64,000 bases of DNA from Candidatus Nealsonbacteria bacterium RIFOXYB1_FULL_40_15 (GCA_001821555.1 MHMM01000010.1:19629-83628); one strand, 5' to 3'. Shown: positions 36,010 through 44,834, counted from the first letter of the stretch. A program made the numbers and translations. The notes: a model not told the origin generated them from the sequence alone.

Positions 36010-36869
36010 TTTCCTTTGGGCCCCTGCGAGACCGTTAAAAAATGCTCTTCTTTAAATGGTTCTACAGTATGCAATCTTTTTTTTGAAAGTTTCCCCCTCC
36101 CTTCCTTTTCGCAGTAAAATTCACTCAAGGATTCTCCCACCCAGAAGCTGTCTAAAAGTGGCCTATCCAAGCTCACTCCGTATTGCGAAAAAAGGCGGGC
36201 AGGTGGAACTTTCGGCTTTGAAATTTTATGATAGCCCCAGGCCACAACCTTATATATCAAGGGATTTTTCAGTATAGGAAACTTTCTTTTTAAAACCTCC
36301 CTGCCCGTTAACTCCTCTACATAAGCATCCTTGGCAAAGACCAACCTGCCCCCTATTTCATACATCCTCATAGCTATATCAAGATCCCAATACAGAGCAA
36401 TAAATCTTTTGTCTATTCCGCCTATTTTTTCCCAAACTCTTTTTTTCATTAAACTTCCTGCTGGCATTCTAGGAGAGCTTTTTTCATCAGTCCAATAATA
36501 GCCATGCTTGTCGGTAAGATCCTCCCCCTCAAAAACAAACCTGCAGGAAACCATAGCTTTCTCGTCATTCATCTTTATAAATTCTTCGTATAGCTTGTCC
36601 AGGGCATGGGGAGAAAAAACGCAATCGTCTCCAAAGTGCATTATCAAATCTCCCGTTGAATAACGGGCTCCTATCTCAAAACATTGGGCTGGCTTTGTTT
36701 TAGAGTATATAAAATGGCAGTTTTCGGGCATTTCAAATTCCGGAGGATTATTCCCCACAAAAATCATTTCAAAGGGAATTTCATTTGAAGACAAAGAATT
36801 ATAAATCCTCATCCACAATTCAGGACGAATGGTTGAACCGAACAAGCTTATAATAGGACTTCTAGCCAT
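36000..36869 (-). CDS. Family X copy 3: uncharacterised GT2/GT-A-like transferase
   Basis: MARSPIISLFGSTIRPELWM, FGDDCVF, YWDLDIAMRMYEIGGRL and tail LTVSQGPKGKWT. ATG 36869 preferred to 36908. Confidence 0.5.
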   Translation of the reverse strand: MARSPIISLFGSTIRPELWMRIYNSLSSNEIPFEMIFVGNNPPEFEMPENCHFIYSKTKPAQCFEIGARYSTGDLIMHFGDDCVFSPHALDKLYEEFIKMNDEKAMVSCRFVFEGEDLTDKHGYYWTDEKSSPRMPAGSLMKKRVWEKIGGIDKRFIALYWDLDIAMRMYEIGGRLVFAKDAYVEELTGREVLKRKFPILKNPLIYKVVAWGYHKISKPKVPPARLFSQYGVSLDRPLLDSFWVGESLSEFYCEKEGRGKLSKKRLHTVEPFKEEHFLTVSQGPKGKWT

Positions 36870-37788
36870 TTTTGGTTGGTTCCCAGGCACAGAAGCAATA
36901 GCCGTCATGAAAAAGATTGCCCAAGCCCGTCTTTTTTATTTTTATTATATTTATTTTTCCTTTTGACTCCAGGTCTTTTAAAGCGGAAATAAAATTTCCC
37001 AGATATCCTCTCTTTTTATGAAATTCCAATCCTAAATAATCCACCAGAGAATTTTGATCATACAGCTCTTTAAGAGGCTCCATATGGACGCATACTTTGA
37101 AATTTTTTCTGCAAAGATATTCAAGAAAAGGCATGAAATTTTCGCCTAATTGTTCAAACCCTCCCATTGTCAAACAAGCTCCGCCTTCTTTTATTTCAAG
37201 CCCTTCGTCCGGAGAAAACATATCAAACACATGGCCTTTCATATTCCAATTATAATTTTCCGCCATTTTATCCACTATTATTTTAGAAGATTCCGACCAG
37301 TCCAATCCGTGAAGCTCTTTGTCTGGAAAAAGCTCTGCTAAAATAGGAAGGTTGTATCCCGATCCTGATCCAAATTCATAAATAGCTGAAGCGTCTTTGA
37401 AGTAATTCTCAAAAAGCCAGGTTCTGAAAACAAGATACCAATTGACTTCAAAGTCAGAATCTAGGGGCATAACATAGTCCCCCGAAAATCTTATTGATTG
37501 ATCTTGTTTTATATATTTTGGAACGAGCATTTTTAAATCGCATCCTTTGCCAACAAAATCTTTCAAATTTTCCGACCATCCCTTTTCCCAAGAGTCTTTT
37601 CTTTCTTTCCCTGAAAAAGAAAGATTTTTAGAGTTTAGTCTTTCTATCACCTTTAAAATCACTGCGTCCCGCTCTTTCTCGTCCAGCTTTCTATACCTGA
37701 AATCAAACTTTTCTATAAGTTTCCGGCAGTTTTCCGAAACCTCCCCCAAAATAGAGGAAAAATCCAAATTGTAAACAGTATTGTTCAT
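36862..37788 (-). CDS. Family Y copy 3 (more divergent): methyltransferase-like protein
   Basis: RKDSWEKGWSENL, PKYIKQDQSIR and EFGSGSGYN. Confidence 0.55.
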   Translation of the reverse strand: MNNTVYNLDFSSILGEVSENCRKLIEKFDFRYRKLDEKERDAVILKVIERLNSKNLSFSGKERKDSWEKGWSENLKDFVGKGCDLKMLVPKYIKQDQSIRFSGDYVMPLDSDFEVNWYLVFRTWLFENYFKDASAIYEFGSGSGYNLPILAELFPDKELHGLDWSESSKIIVDKMAENYNWNMKGHVFDMFSPDEGLEIKEGGACLTMGGFEQLGENFMPFLEYLCRKNFKVCVHMEPLKELYDQNSLVDYLGLEFHKKRGYLGNFISALKDLESKGKINIIKIKKTGLGNLFHDGYCFCAWEPTKNG

Positions 37789-38534
37789 TCCACTACAAAA
37801 TAAGAGGTTCTGGACGCATATCTGAATCTCTTAAGCTTTATATTATTCAATCCGAAAACTTCTTTTACCGCAGCTGTTTCTCCGGGCGAGTCATGGTCAT
37901 TCAGTTCATCAAACCCCAGCACGCTTCCTTTTATCAAATGCGGTTTTATCGCTTCAAGGCATTTTTTAGTCGGCTCATATATATCAAAATCAAAATAAGC
38001 GAGACTTATTATTGTTTCAGGATACTTTTTCAGATACTCGTCTATTGTCTGGACAGCGTCTCCTGGAACTACTTCAAACTTTTTAATATGAGAAAGGGGA
38101 TTGTCTTTTTCCTGAAATTCCATTACTTTCTCCAAATAAGCTGTGTAATTTTCGGGCAGTCCCAAGTTTCCCTGGAACATAAGATTTGAATTGCTGTCTT
38201 TTTCTGATATGGAGGGAAAACCCGTGAAAGTGTCAAATCCGACAATCTTTCTGTGGCGGTTGAATGGCTCATATATTCCCCTTAAGCTGGCAAACAAAGC
38301 CATATTCTGCCCCCACCAAGTTCCGAATTCAACAACAATACCCTGGGTGTCAATTATCTTTTTGTATATATGATCCATAAAAAGAATCCTTGCAAGATTT
38401 TTTGAATTTAAAAAAAGTCCTAAGTTAGAAAGTATTTGATCATCCGGAATCGGACAGCTTCTAAAATGCTCTGCGAACTGGCCTCTTGCTTTTGATTCTT
38501 CTTCGCTGTTGTAAAATTTTGGTATATTTTGCAT
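37785..38534 (-). CDS. TylF/MycF (macrocin O-methyltransferase)-family SAM methyltransferase
   Basis: VEFGTWWGQNMALFASLRG, VGFDTFTGFP and LAYFDFDIYEPTKKCL...GSVLGFDE. Confidence 0.6.
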   Translation of the reverse strand: MQNIPKFYNSEEESKARGQFAEHFRSCPIPDDQILSNLGLFLNSKNLARILFMDHIYKKIIDTQGIVVEFGTWWGQNMALFASLRGIYEPFNRHRKIVGFDTFTGFPSISEKDSNSNLMFQGNLGLPENYTAYLEKVMEFQEKDNPLSHIKKFEVVPGDAVQTIDEYLKKYPETIISLAYFDFDIYEPTKKCLEAIKPHLIKGSVLGFDELNDHDSPGETAAVKEVFGLNNIKLKRFRYASRTSYFVVE

Positions 38535-38543
38535 ATTAATTTA

Positions 38544-39641
38544 TTAAAGTTTTTTTCTAATATATGCCGGAATCGGCTTTTGTCCATTATGCGCGATAAC
38601 CCAAGCCCAATAGCGTATCCTTCCCTCCACTAAAGAATACCCTCCCTTTCCGTCCGATATTAGTCTTACCGGCTTTATATCTTCTTCAGGATGTTCCGAA
38701 AAATACAGGGCTAGGTCAGAAGGGCTTGGAATAAAACCCAGTTTATTTTCCAGGGCCTCGCTTTTTGTCCTGTAAACCATCCTGTTGCTCTGGCCATCGG
38801 GGCTTACCTCTATCTTATCTACCGGCGCATAGGTTGGTTTTCTGCTATAAAGAGAGCTTATCGTTTCAAAATCTTCTTTTGAAATTTTAAATCCAGAAGC
38901 TCCGGCATTTTCTTCAATATGCTTTTCAGAAACTGTGGGAATGGCGATTACCGTAGGATGCATAGTTAGCCAGTTCAGGGCTATCTGGGCAGAAGTCCTA
39001 TCGTATTTTTCAGCTATTGCATTAAAAACCTTTGTTTTTTCTTCGTCATCGTCCGGTATAATTCTCCCCTGGTCCAAAGGGCTGCACGCTATTGTTATTA
39101 TCTTTTTTTCTTCGCAATAAGGAAGAATCTTGTCTTCAATAAAATGATCAAATAAATTGTATTCTGTCTGGAAAGAAGAAATTTCTCCGAGGATTTCTGC
39201 TTCTTTCAGCTGTCCAAGATAAAAGTTGCCCACCCCTATATATCTTATTTTCCCTTGCTCTTTTAGCATTTTAAGCCCCTCCATGGTTTCTTCCATATTT
39301 ACTTTAGGATTGTGCCAATGGAACTGATATATATCTATATAATCTGTTTGGAGTCTTTTCAGACTTCCTTCGGCAGCTTTTATAACATCTTTATATGAAC
39401 TATGATCTGAAGCAAATTTACTGCAGATAATAACCTTCTCCCTCAATCCCTTGATTGCTTTTCCGACAATTATCTCTGAATTCCCCTTATCGTAGCTTTC
39501 TGCCGTATCAATTAAATTCATGCCAAGGACTATCCCTTTTTTAAGCGTAGCAACATGGCTTTCATTCCAGGGATAATCTCCCATGCCCATTCCTACAGCC
39601 GGAAAATTTAGATTAAAATGGTCCCTTAAATTTGTTTTCAT
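38544..39641 (-). CDS. Aldo/keto reductase fused to a C-terminal ParB/sulfiredoxin-like domain
   Basis: AKR region: DTAESYDKGNSEIIVGKAI and YIDIYQFHW. C-terminal ~95 aa: PVDKIEVSPDGQSNR...IKPVRLISDGKGGYSLVEGRIRYWAWVIAHNGQKPIPAYI, which follows the ParB N-terminal domain pattern (xDGxxR..A..). Confidence 0.65.
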   Translation of the reverse strand: MKTNLRDHFNLNFPAVGMGMGDYPWNESHVATLKKGIVLGMNLIDTAESYDKGNSEIIVGKAIKGLREKVIICSKFASDHSSYKDVIKAAEGSLKRLQTDYIDIYQFHWHNPKVNMEETMEGLKMLKEQGKIRYIGVGNFYLGQLKEAEILGEISSFQTEYNLFDHFIEDKILPYCEEKKIITIACSPLDQGRIIPDDDEEKTKVFNAIAEKYDRTSAQIALNWLTMHPTVIAIPTVSEKHIEENAGASGFKISKEDFETISSLYSRKPTYAPVDKIEVSPDGQSNRMVYRTKSEALENKLGFIPSPSDLALYFSEHPEEDIKPVRLISDGKGGYSLVEGRIRYWAWVIAHNGQKPIPAYIRKKL

Positions 39642-40653
39642 AGCTGTAAAATTCTTCTTCAGAAAGATCAGCCGGGGAAAGGCCCAGCATTTCTTCGGCC
39701 GTTCTTATTATTTTTTCTGCGTTGGGATAAAACTCGTTTTCAAGATGTCTCGCCGTAGGACAATGAATGTGGGAAAATCCTATTCTTTTTACGGGAAACT
39801 TAAGCTTCCCAAAGCATTTTTCTGAAACCCTAGCAGCTACTTCAGAACCAAATCCGCAGTCAATCCAGTCATTGTCGGCTACAATGCATCTTCCGGTTTT
39901 TTCAACCGATCTAATAATCATTTCGTCGTTAAAAGGAGCTATGGTTCTAGGATCTATAATTTCCGCTTCTATGCCTCTTTTTTTAAGAACTTCTGCCGCT
40001 TTTAATGCTTCTACATTCATCCAAGAAACAGCGACTATGGTAAGATCTTTCCCCTCTCTCAATATATTAGGAAGGCCTATTGGTATTTCAAATAAATTTT
40101 CGGGCACCTCTTCTTCCTGATAGTAAAGCCATCTGTGTTCCATTACTATAACCGGATTATCGTCCCTTATGGCCGAAACAAGGAGGCCTTTGGCGTCTTT
40201 GGCCGTGGTAGGAAGAACAACTTTTAGCCCTGGAATATGAGCAAAAACAGAATACATGCTTTTTGAATGCTGGAATCCCTGCCCCCATCCTCTTCCTATA
40301 ACAGCCCTTATAGTGAGAGGGACTTTCATTTTCCCTGCAGATCCGTATCTCCAGCTTGAAATAATATTAGCCAACTGATTCATCGCCAGAAGCATAAAAT
40401 CAACCCTTTCATGAATGTGCACCGGCCTCAATCCGTTTAAAGAAGCGCCCAGTCCAAAGCCAGTCATTGCATCTTCTGAAATCGGGGTGTCAAAACATCT
40501 TTCCTCTCCGAACTTCTCCACCAGATTCTCGGTCGTTCCAAATATTCTTTTCACGTCAGGAACCCCGATTCCATAAACAAAAACACTCGGGTCTCTTTCC
40601 ATCTCCTGAATCAAAGCTTCGTTTATCGCTTGTTTATAGCTTATCTTTCTCAT
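39613..40653 (-). CDS. 2-oxoacid dehydrogenase E1 component beta subunit-like (AviB2-like)
   Basis: ISYKQAINEALIQEMERDPSVFVYG and FDTPISEDAMTGFGLGASLNG. ATG 40653 preferred. Confidence 0.85.
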   Translation of the reverse strand: MRKISYKQAINEALIQEMERDPSVFVYGIGVPDVKRIFGTTENLVEKFGEERCFDTPISEDAMTGFGLGASLNGLRPVHIHERVDFMLLAMNQLANIISSWRYGSAGKMKVPLTIRAVIGRGWGQGFQHSKSMYSVFAHIPGLKVVLPTTAKDAKGLLVSAIRDDNPVIVMEHRWLYYQEEEVPENLFEIPIGLPNILREGKDLTIVAVSWMNVEALKAAEVLKKRGIEAEIIDPRTIAPFNDEMIIRSVEKTGRCIVADNDWIDCGFGSEVAARVSEKCFGKLKFPVKRIGFSHIHCPTARHLENEFYPNAEKIIRTAEEMLGLSPADLSEEEFYSYENKFKGPF

Positions 40654-41581
40654 AAAAAATATCTTTATGCGCTTCTTCTTTTCCGGCAAAAGGAGCTGAT
40701 TCCGCCAGAGATATGCTTTTTTCTATCTGTTCATCCTGCTCTTTTTCTATTCTAACCGCGTCTTCTTCTGAAACTCTTTTTCTTAATAATTCCACGGGGT
40801 CTTTCTTCCTCCATTCTTCAAACTCTTCTTTTGGGCGATATTCGTCAAAATATTGGTTGACTCCAACATGTTCTAAATATCTGTAGTAGTTAAAATGCAA
40901 AAAACAGGGCATTCTGTTCTCTTTCATTATATCCAAAGCTTTCTTTGTTGTATTATAAACAACTTCTGCATCCACGCCCTCTTCTTCAAAAACATTGCAT
41001 CTGAATTTGGATGCTATTTCTGAAATTGATTCGTACCCATGCCTCTTGGATATGGGCGTATTTTTGGCGAAACCGTTGTCTTCGCAGATAAATAAAATAG
41101 GAAGCTCCATAAGGCAGGCGATATTTATGCTTTCCCAAAAACACCCTTCTTCAATAGCCCCGTCTCCGAAGAATATAGCTGTTATTTTATTGTTTTTAAT
41201 CCTTTTATTGGCAAAAGCGGCTCCCACAGCCACTGATATCCCTCCCGAAACAATAGCCAATGTGCTCATAAGGCCGTTTTCAGGAGAATTAAGATGCATT
41301 GATCCTGCCTTTCCTTTTGATCCTCCGGTCGCCTTGCCGAACATTTCAGCAAAGAATTCGTCTGTTTCTCCTGTTTTGGAAAGATACAAGGCATGGCTTC
41401 TGCAGCTTCCCAAAACCTGATCTTCTTTATTTAATGCTTGGCACACTCCAGCCGAAATCGCCTCTCCGCCCATAGACATATGCATAGGAGTCTTCATTTT
41501 GTCTTCAGGATAAAGCTGGCAGATTCTTTCTTCGGCTTTTCTGATCAAATAAACCTTTTTGTATAAATCCAGAATTGTCAT
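40634..41581 (-). CDS. TPP-dependent 2-oxoacid dehydrogenase E1 component alpha subunit-like (AviB1-like)
   Basis: FFGDGAIEEGCFWESINIACLMELPILFICEDNGFA. The track start 41602 is TTG. ATG 41581 forms an ATGA overlap with the upstream stop. Confidence 0.85.
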   Translation of the reverse strand: MTILDLYKKVYLIRKAEERICQLYPEDKMKTPMHMSMGGEAISAGVCQALNKEDQVLGSCRSHALYLSKTGETDEFFAEMFGKATGGSKGKAGSMHLNSPENGLMSTLAIVSGGISVAVGAAFANKRIKNNKITAIFFGDGAIEEGCFWESINIACLMELPILFICEDNGFAKNTPISKRHGYESISEIASKFRCNVFEEEGVDAEVVYNTTKKALDIMKENRMPCFLHFNYYRYLEHVGVNQYFDEYRPKEEFEEWRKKDPVELLRKRVSEEDAVRIEKEQDEQIEKSISLAESAPFAGKEEAHKDIFYEKDKL

Positions 41582-43587
41582 TTGCTTAAATAATTCCTCC
41601 AATAATTAAGAATATCTTTTAAAGTGTCATCAAACTTAATTTCTGCTTCCCAGCCAGTTTCTTTCTTGAACTTGTCCGTGCAAGGAATCTGCAAAGTAAC
41701 ATCAGACGGCCTTAATCTTTCAGGGTCCTGCTCCACTCTTATATCCTTGACTGTAGAAAGAGCCAGGAGTTTCTGCAACATCTCTTTTACAGTCATGGTT
41801 TCAACGCCTCCCACATTATATACTTCTCCGGGGGTGCATTTTTCGGGTAAAATCCAGTATGCCCTTACAGCATCTTTCACGTCTAGAAAAGTCCTTATGC
41901 TTTCAAGATTTCCCACTTTAACAACCGGATCTTTTAGCCCTGCTTCTATTTCAGCTATCTGCTTTGCAAAGGTTGATTCAACGAAGACTTCGCCCCTCCT
42001 TGGACCAGTATTGTGGACAATATTGCCTCCAATCCCCGCGTGAAACCAATGATTTTCGGTTTCAAGATCCCAGACTTCGCCAGAATATTGCAATTCTGTT
42101 ATTTTTACAATATCGTTATCTCCTTTCAATAAATGTCTTCCTCTATTGGTTTTCAGTTGAGAAAGACATCTGATTTCAAAATATCTTTTTTCATCTCTAT
42201 GCTCTACAATAATTCTGTATTTACAGTTCAATGCGGTTTCTATAATAAAACAAATTCCTAATGCTAAAATAGGTGATTTTGTTTTAAATCTGTAAAACTT
42301 GCTTTTTACTTTATTTCTCAAGTCTCCGTCTCCGTCATTATAGCCAGAAAGAAAAGCTAATTTAGATTTTTTATCGGCATTAAGAATAATTTGAGGAATT
42401 TTTTTATTTTTATCGACAGCATAACAATCTTGATAAAAACGTTTAGCAATATAAAAAGGTTTTCTTAAATATAATCTGTAAACGCCGCCTTCCCCTGGGA
42501 TTATCTTACTATCAATTGCTAAATTTTTAATCAAAATATTTTGAGCTTTTTTTAATTTACTTTCGTCTTTATTGTCAATGTGCATCCGGCCGCCGCTCAC
42601 ACAGCCTTCCGCGACAAAAAAACCATACAACCAAGCAACTTCTTCGTTCACGGAAGTAATTTCTATTTTAGGAAAAAATGTCAATTTAATTTTATTTCCG
42701 ATTTTTAACTCTCCTGCCTTTACTTCCATGCCAGATTCGTCTATCAAAGAATGATTGTCTGTGGCATCTATCACTCCTCCGCGGCAAGCCACTTCTAGCA
42801 TTTTAACACCATTAATCGGATGGCAAGATATATGCTTAATCTTTATCCAATTTCCGTCATTCCATACCTCCATGCTATTTCTATTCAAGTCCCAAACTTG
42901 TGTACCATCCTTTAACAATGTTCCAGAAAGATAGCCACCCCTTTTTAACGGAGACCTGATCTCTGAAATATATTTTATATCTATCAACCCGCTTATAGAG
43001 TCTCTTAAAATAATAGGCGTCCATTTGCTTACGCTATGCGTAAAAAGTCTTGTTCTTATAGTTCTTATCTTCCAGGACAGCCAGTATTGCAATCCGAGCA
43101 TATCTTCTGCCACCTTGCTCACAGCATAAGGGGAGGCCGGACGAAAAGGATTCTCCTCTTTGATCGGAGTCTCCCCTTCTTTTACCTGCCCGTAGACTTC
43201 CGAAGAAGAACAGATATGCACCACAGGATCGTACCCCGAACCTAACTTTAACTTTTTGACTGCCTCCAAAAGATTAGCTGTCCCTATGACATTGGACTGC
43301 AGAGTGGCTATGGGGGCCTGAAAACTAAAGTCAACATAAGATTGGGCCGCCAGATGAAAAATAACATCCGGCCTGTGCTTTTCCAGCATTGACTGCAAAG
43401 AAGAAAGATCAACCAAGTCTCCCTGACAAAGAGTGATTTTCCCTAAACAGTGTTTTATATTCTCTTTCGGAGACCTCCACCGAACCAGCCCTACAATCTG
43501 AACTTCGGGATGATTTTCCAATATGAAATCCGCCAAATGGCTTCCTACAAAACCGGTTATTCCTGTTATTAAAACTTTTTTTATCAT
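41578..43587 (-). CDS. GDP-mannose 4,6-dehydratase/Rmd-family extended SDR, interrupted by an intein
   Basis: Exteins: MIKKVLITGITGFVGSHL...FHLAAQSYV...SPYAVSKVAED...RTRLFTH | TGPRRGEVFVESTFAKQIAEIEAG. ATG 43587 forms an ATGA overlap with the wzt stop; ATG 43605 is an alternative. The 72 extra N-terminal codons of the ORF track (to 43803) lie inside wzt and are rejected. Confidence 0.85.
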   Translation of the reverse strand: MIKKVLITGITGFVGSHLADFILENHPEVQIVGLVRWRSPKENIKHCLGKITLCQGDLVDLSSLQSMLEKHRPDVIFHLAAQSYVDFSFQAPIATLQSNVIGTANLLEAVKKLKLGSGYDPVVHICSSSEVYGQVKEGETPIKEENPFRPASPYAVSKVAEDMLGLQYWLSWKIRTIRTRLFTHSVSKWTPIILRDSISGLIDIKYISEIRSPLKRGGYLSGTLLKDGTQVWDLNRNSMEVWNDGNWIKIKHISCHPINGVKMLEVACRGGVIDATDNHSLIDESGMEVKAGELKIGNKIKLTFFPKIEITSVNEEVAWLYGFFVAEGCVSGGRMHIDNKDESKLKKAQNILIKNLAIDSKIIPGEGGVYRLYLRKPFYIAKRFYQDCYAVDKNKKIPQIILNADKKSKLAFLSGYNDGDGDLRNKVKSKFYRFKTKSPILALGICFIIETALNCKYRIIVEHRDEKRYFEIRCLSQLKTNRGRHLLKGDNDIVKITELQYSGEVWDLETENHWFHAGIGGNIVHNTGPRRGEVFVESTFAKQIAEIEAGLKDPVVKVGNLESIRTFLDVKDAVRAYWILPEKCTPGEVYNVGGVETMTVKEMLQKLLALSTVKDIRVEQDPERLRPSDVTLQIPCTDKFKKETGWEAEIKFDDTLKDILNYWRNYLSK
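42010..43035 (-). mobile_element. Intein (342 aa) with LAGLIDADG homing-endonuclease domain
   Basis: Inserted exactly in the conserved FxH|TGPRRGE motif. Ser1 (SVSKWTPIIL, block A), TDNH (block B), LAGLIDADG motifs LYGFFVAEGCV and AFLSGYNDGDGDL, C-terminal GNIVHN followed by Thr+1. I checked the junction codons by hand (CAC AAT | ACT at 42015..42007). Confidence 0.8.
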
Positions 43588-44834
43588 AATTTTTCGGTCT
43601 GCCATTCCAAAAGGGGGCGGATGGCTCCCAAATGCTGGCCGGGCATATAAATTATTCTTTCTTCTGAATTTTCTTCGTAGATCCTGAAAAAAACCGCAGG
43701 CTCTGCTATAGCATCCGCAGGCATTGAAATATCGGAACTCAAATAAGCATTTACCGTATAAGTACCCTCGTTCAAAAGATTGGCGGGTATTCTGCAGGAG
43801 CATTTATAAAGGCCGGGTGCATATTCTTTTTTTCCCCACTTTTTATCGTGCAGATTAGTAGCATAAAACACTAAGCTTCCAAACTGGTTATAAATATGGA
43901 AAACGGGGTTCATCTTTGATTTTTTAAGGCACCAAAATTCAAATTGGACGATAACAGGATCTTCTTTCTTTATATTTTGAGACACCTCTCCTTTTTCATT
44001 GACAGCTTTCACAGATTTGAACTTAAGAGTATCCGATCCCGGAGCATCCTCCAAACTCCATGAAATTTGGCTTGAAGACCCTCCGTCAAGTGAAAGATAT
44101 TCATTTACCACTTCATCAGTCCTGCCCTGTTTTTTAATCTTCCCCTGGCTCAATAATATGGCTTTATTGCATAAAGAAGACACTGCAGACATATTGTGGC
44201 TTACAAACAGCACCGTTCTCCCTCCTTTTGCCACGCCCTCCATTCTTTTAAGGCATTTTTTCTGAAAAGCAGTATCGCCGACTGCCAAAACCTCGTCTAT
44301 TATAAGAATTTCGGGCTCTAAATGGGCAGCCACCGAAAAGGCCAGCCGGACATACATCCCGCTTGAATATCTCTTTACGGGAGTGTCTAGAAACTGCCCG
44401 ATTTCAGCAAATTCCACTATCTCATCAAATTTGGATTCTATTTCTTTTTTAGTCATGCCCAGTATGGCTCCATTCAGATAAACATTCTCCCTGCCGGTAA
44501 GTTCAGGATGAAATCCTGTTCCGACTTCAAGAAGACTTCTGACCCGCCCCCGGATCACAGCCCTCCCTTCTGTGGGCGGAGTAATTCTAGAAAGTATTTT
44601 TAAAAGCGTGCTTTTTCCGGCTCCATTAAGCCCTATTATCCCAAGGACTTCTCCTTCTTCAACCGAAAAATTCACCCCGTCCAAAGCCCAAAAGTTTCCC
44701 TTGCTCCGGTTTTTGATCCAATCTTTTGGATTTCTTATAAAATTAGAAATGTCTTCCCTCAAAGAAAAATACGCTTCCTTTCTTAACCCTATGCGATAAC
44801 TCTTTGAAAGATTTTCAACCTCAATGACTTTCAT
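43584..44834 (-). CDS. wzt: Polysaccharide ABC exporter ATP-binding protein with C-terminal carbohydrate-binding (Wzt_C-like) domain
   Basis: GIIGLNGAGKSTLL (Walker A), YSSGMYVRLAF (signature), ILIIDEVLAVGD (Walker B), plus a ~160-aa beta-rich C-terminal extension. Confidence 0.85.
   Translation of the reverse strand: MKVIEVENLSKSYRIGLRKEAYFSLREDISNFIRNPKDWIKNRSKGNFWALDGVNFSVEEGEVLGIIGLNGAGKSTLLKILSRITPPTEGRAVIRGRVRSLLEVGTGFHPELTGRENVYLNGAILGMTKKEIESKFDEIVEFAEIGQFLDTPVKRYSSGMYVRLAFSVAAHLEPEILIIDEVLAVGDTAFQKKCLKRMEGVAKGGRTVLFVSHNMSAVSSLCNKAILLSQGKIKKQGRTDEVVNEYLSLDGGSSSQISWSLEDAPGSDTLKFKSVKAVNEKGEVSQNIKKEDPVIVQFEFWCLKKSKMNPVFHIYNQFGSLVFYATNLHDKKWGKKEYAPGLYKCSCRIPANLLNEGTYTVNAYLSSDISMPADAIAEPAVFFRIYEENSEERIIYMPGQHLGAIRPLLEWQTEKL

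Noticed and set aside
43588-43803. 72-codon N-terminal extension of the intein-containing dehydratase ORF
   Set aside because: It lies entirely within the wzt coding region in another frame and is Cys/Arg/Phe-rich nonsense. The Rossmann motif starts right after ATG 43587, which forms an ATGA overlap with the wzt stop.
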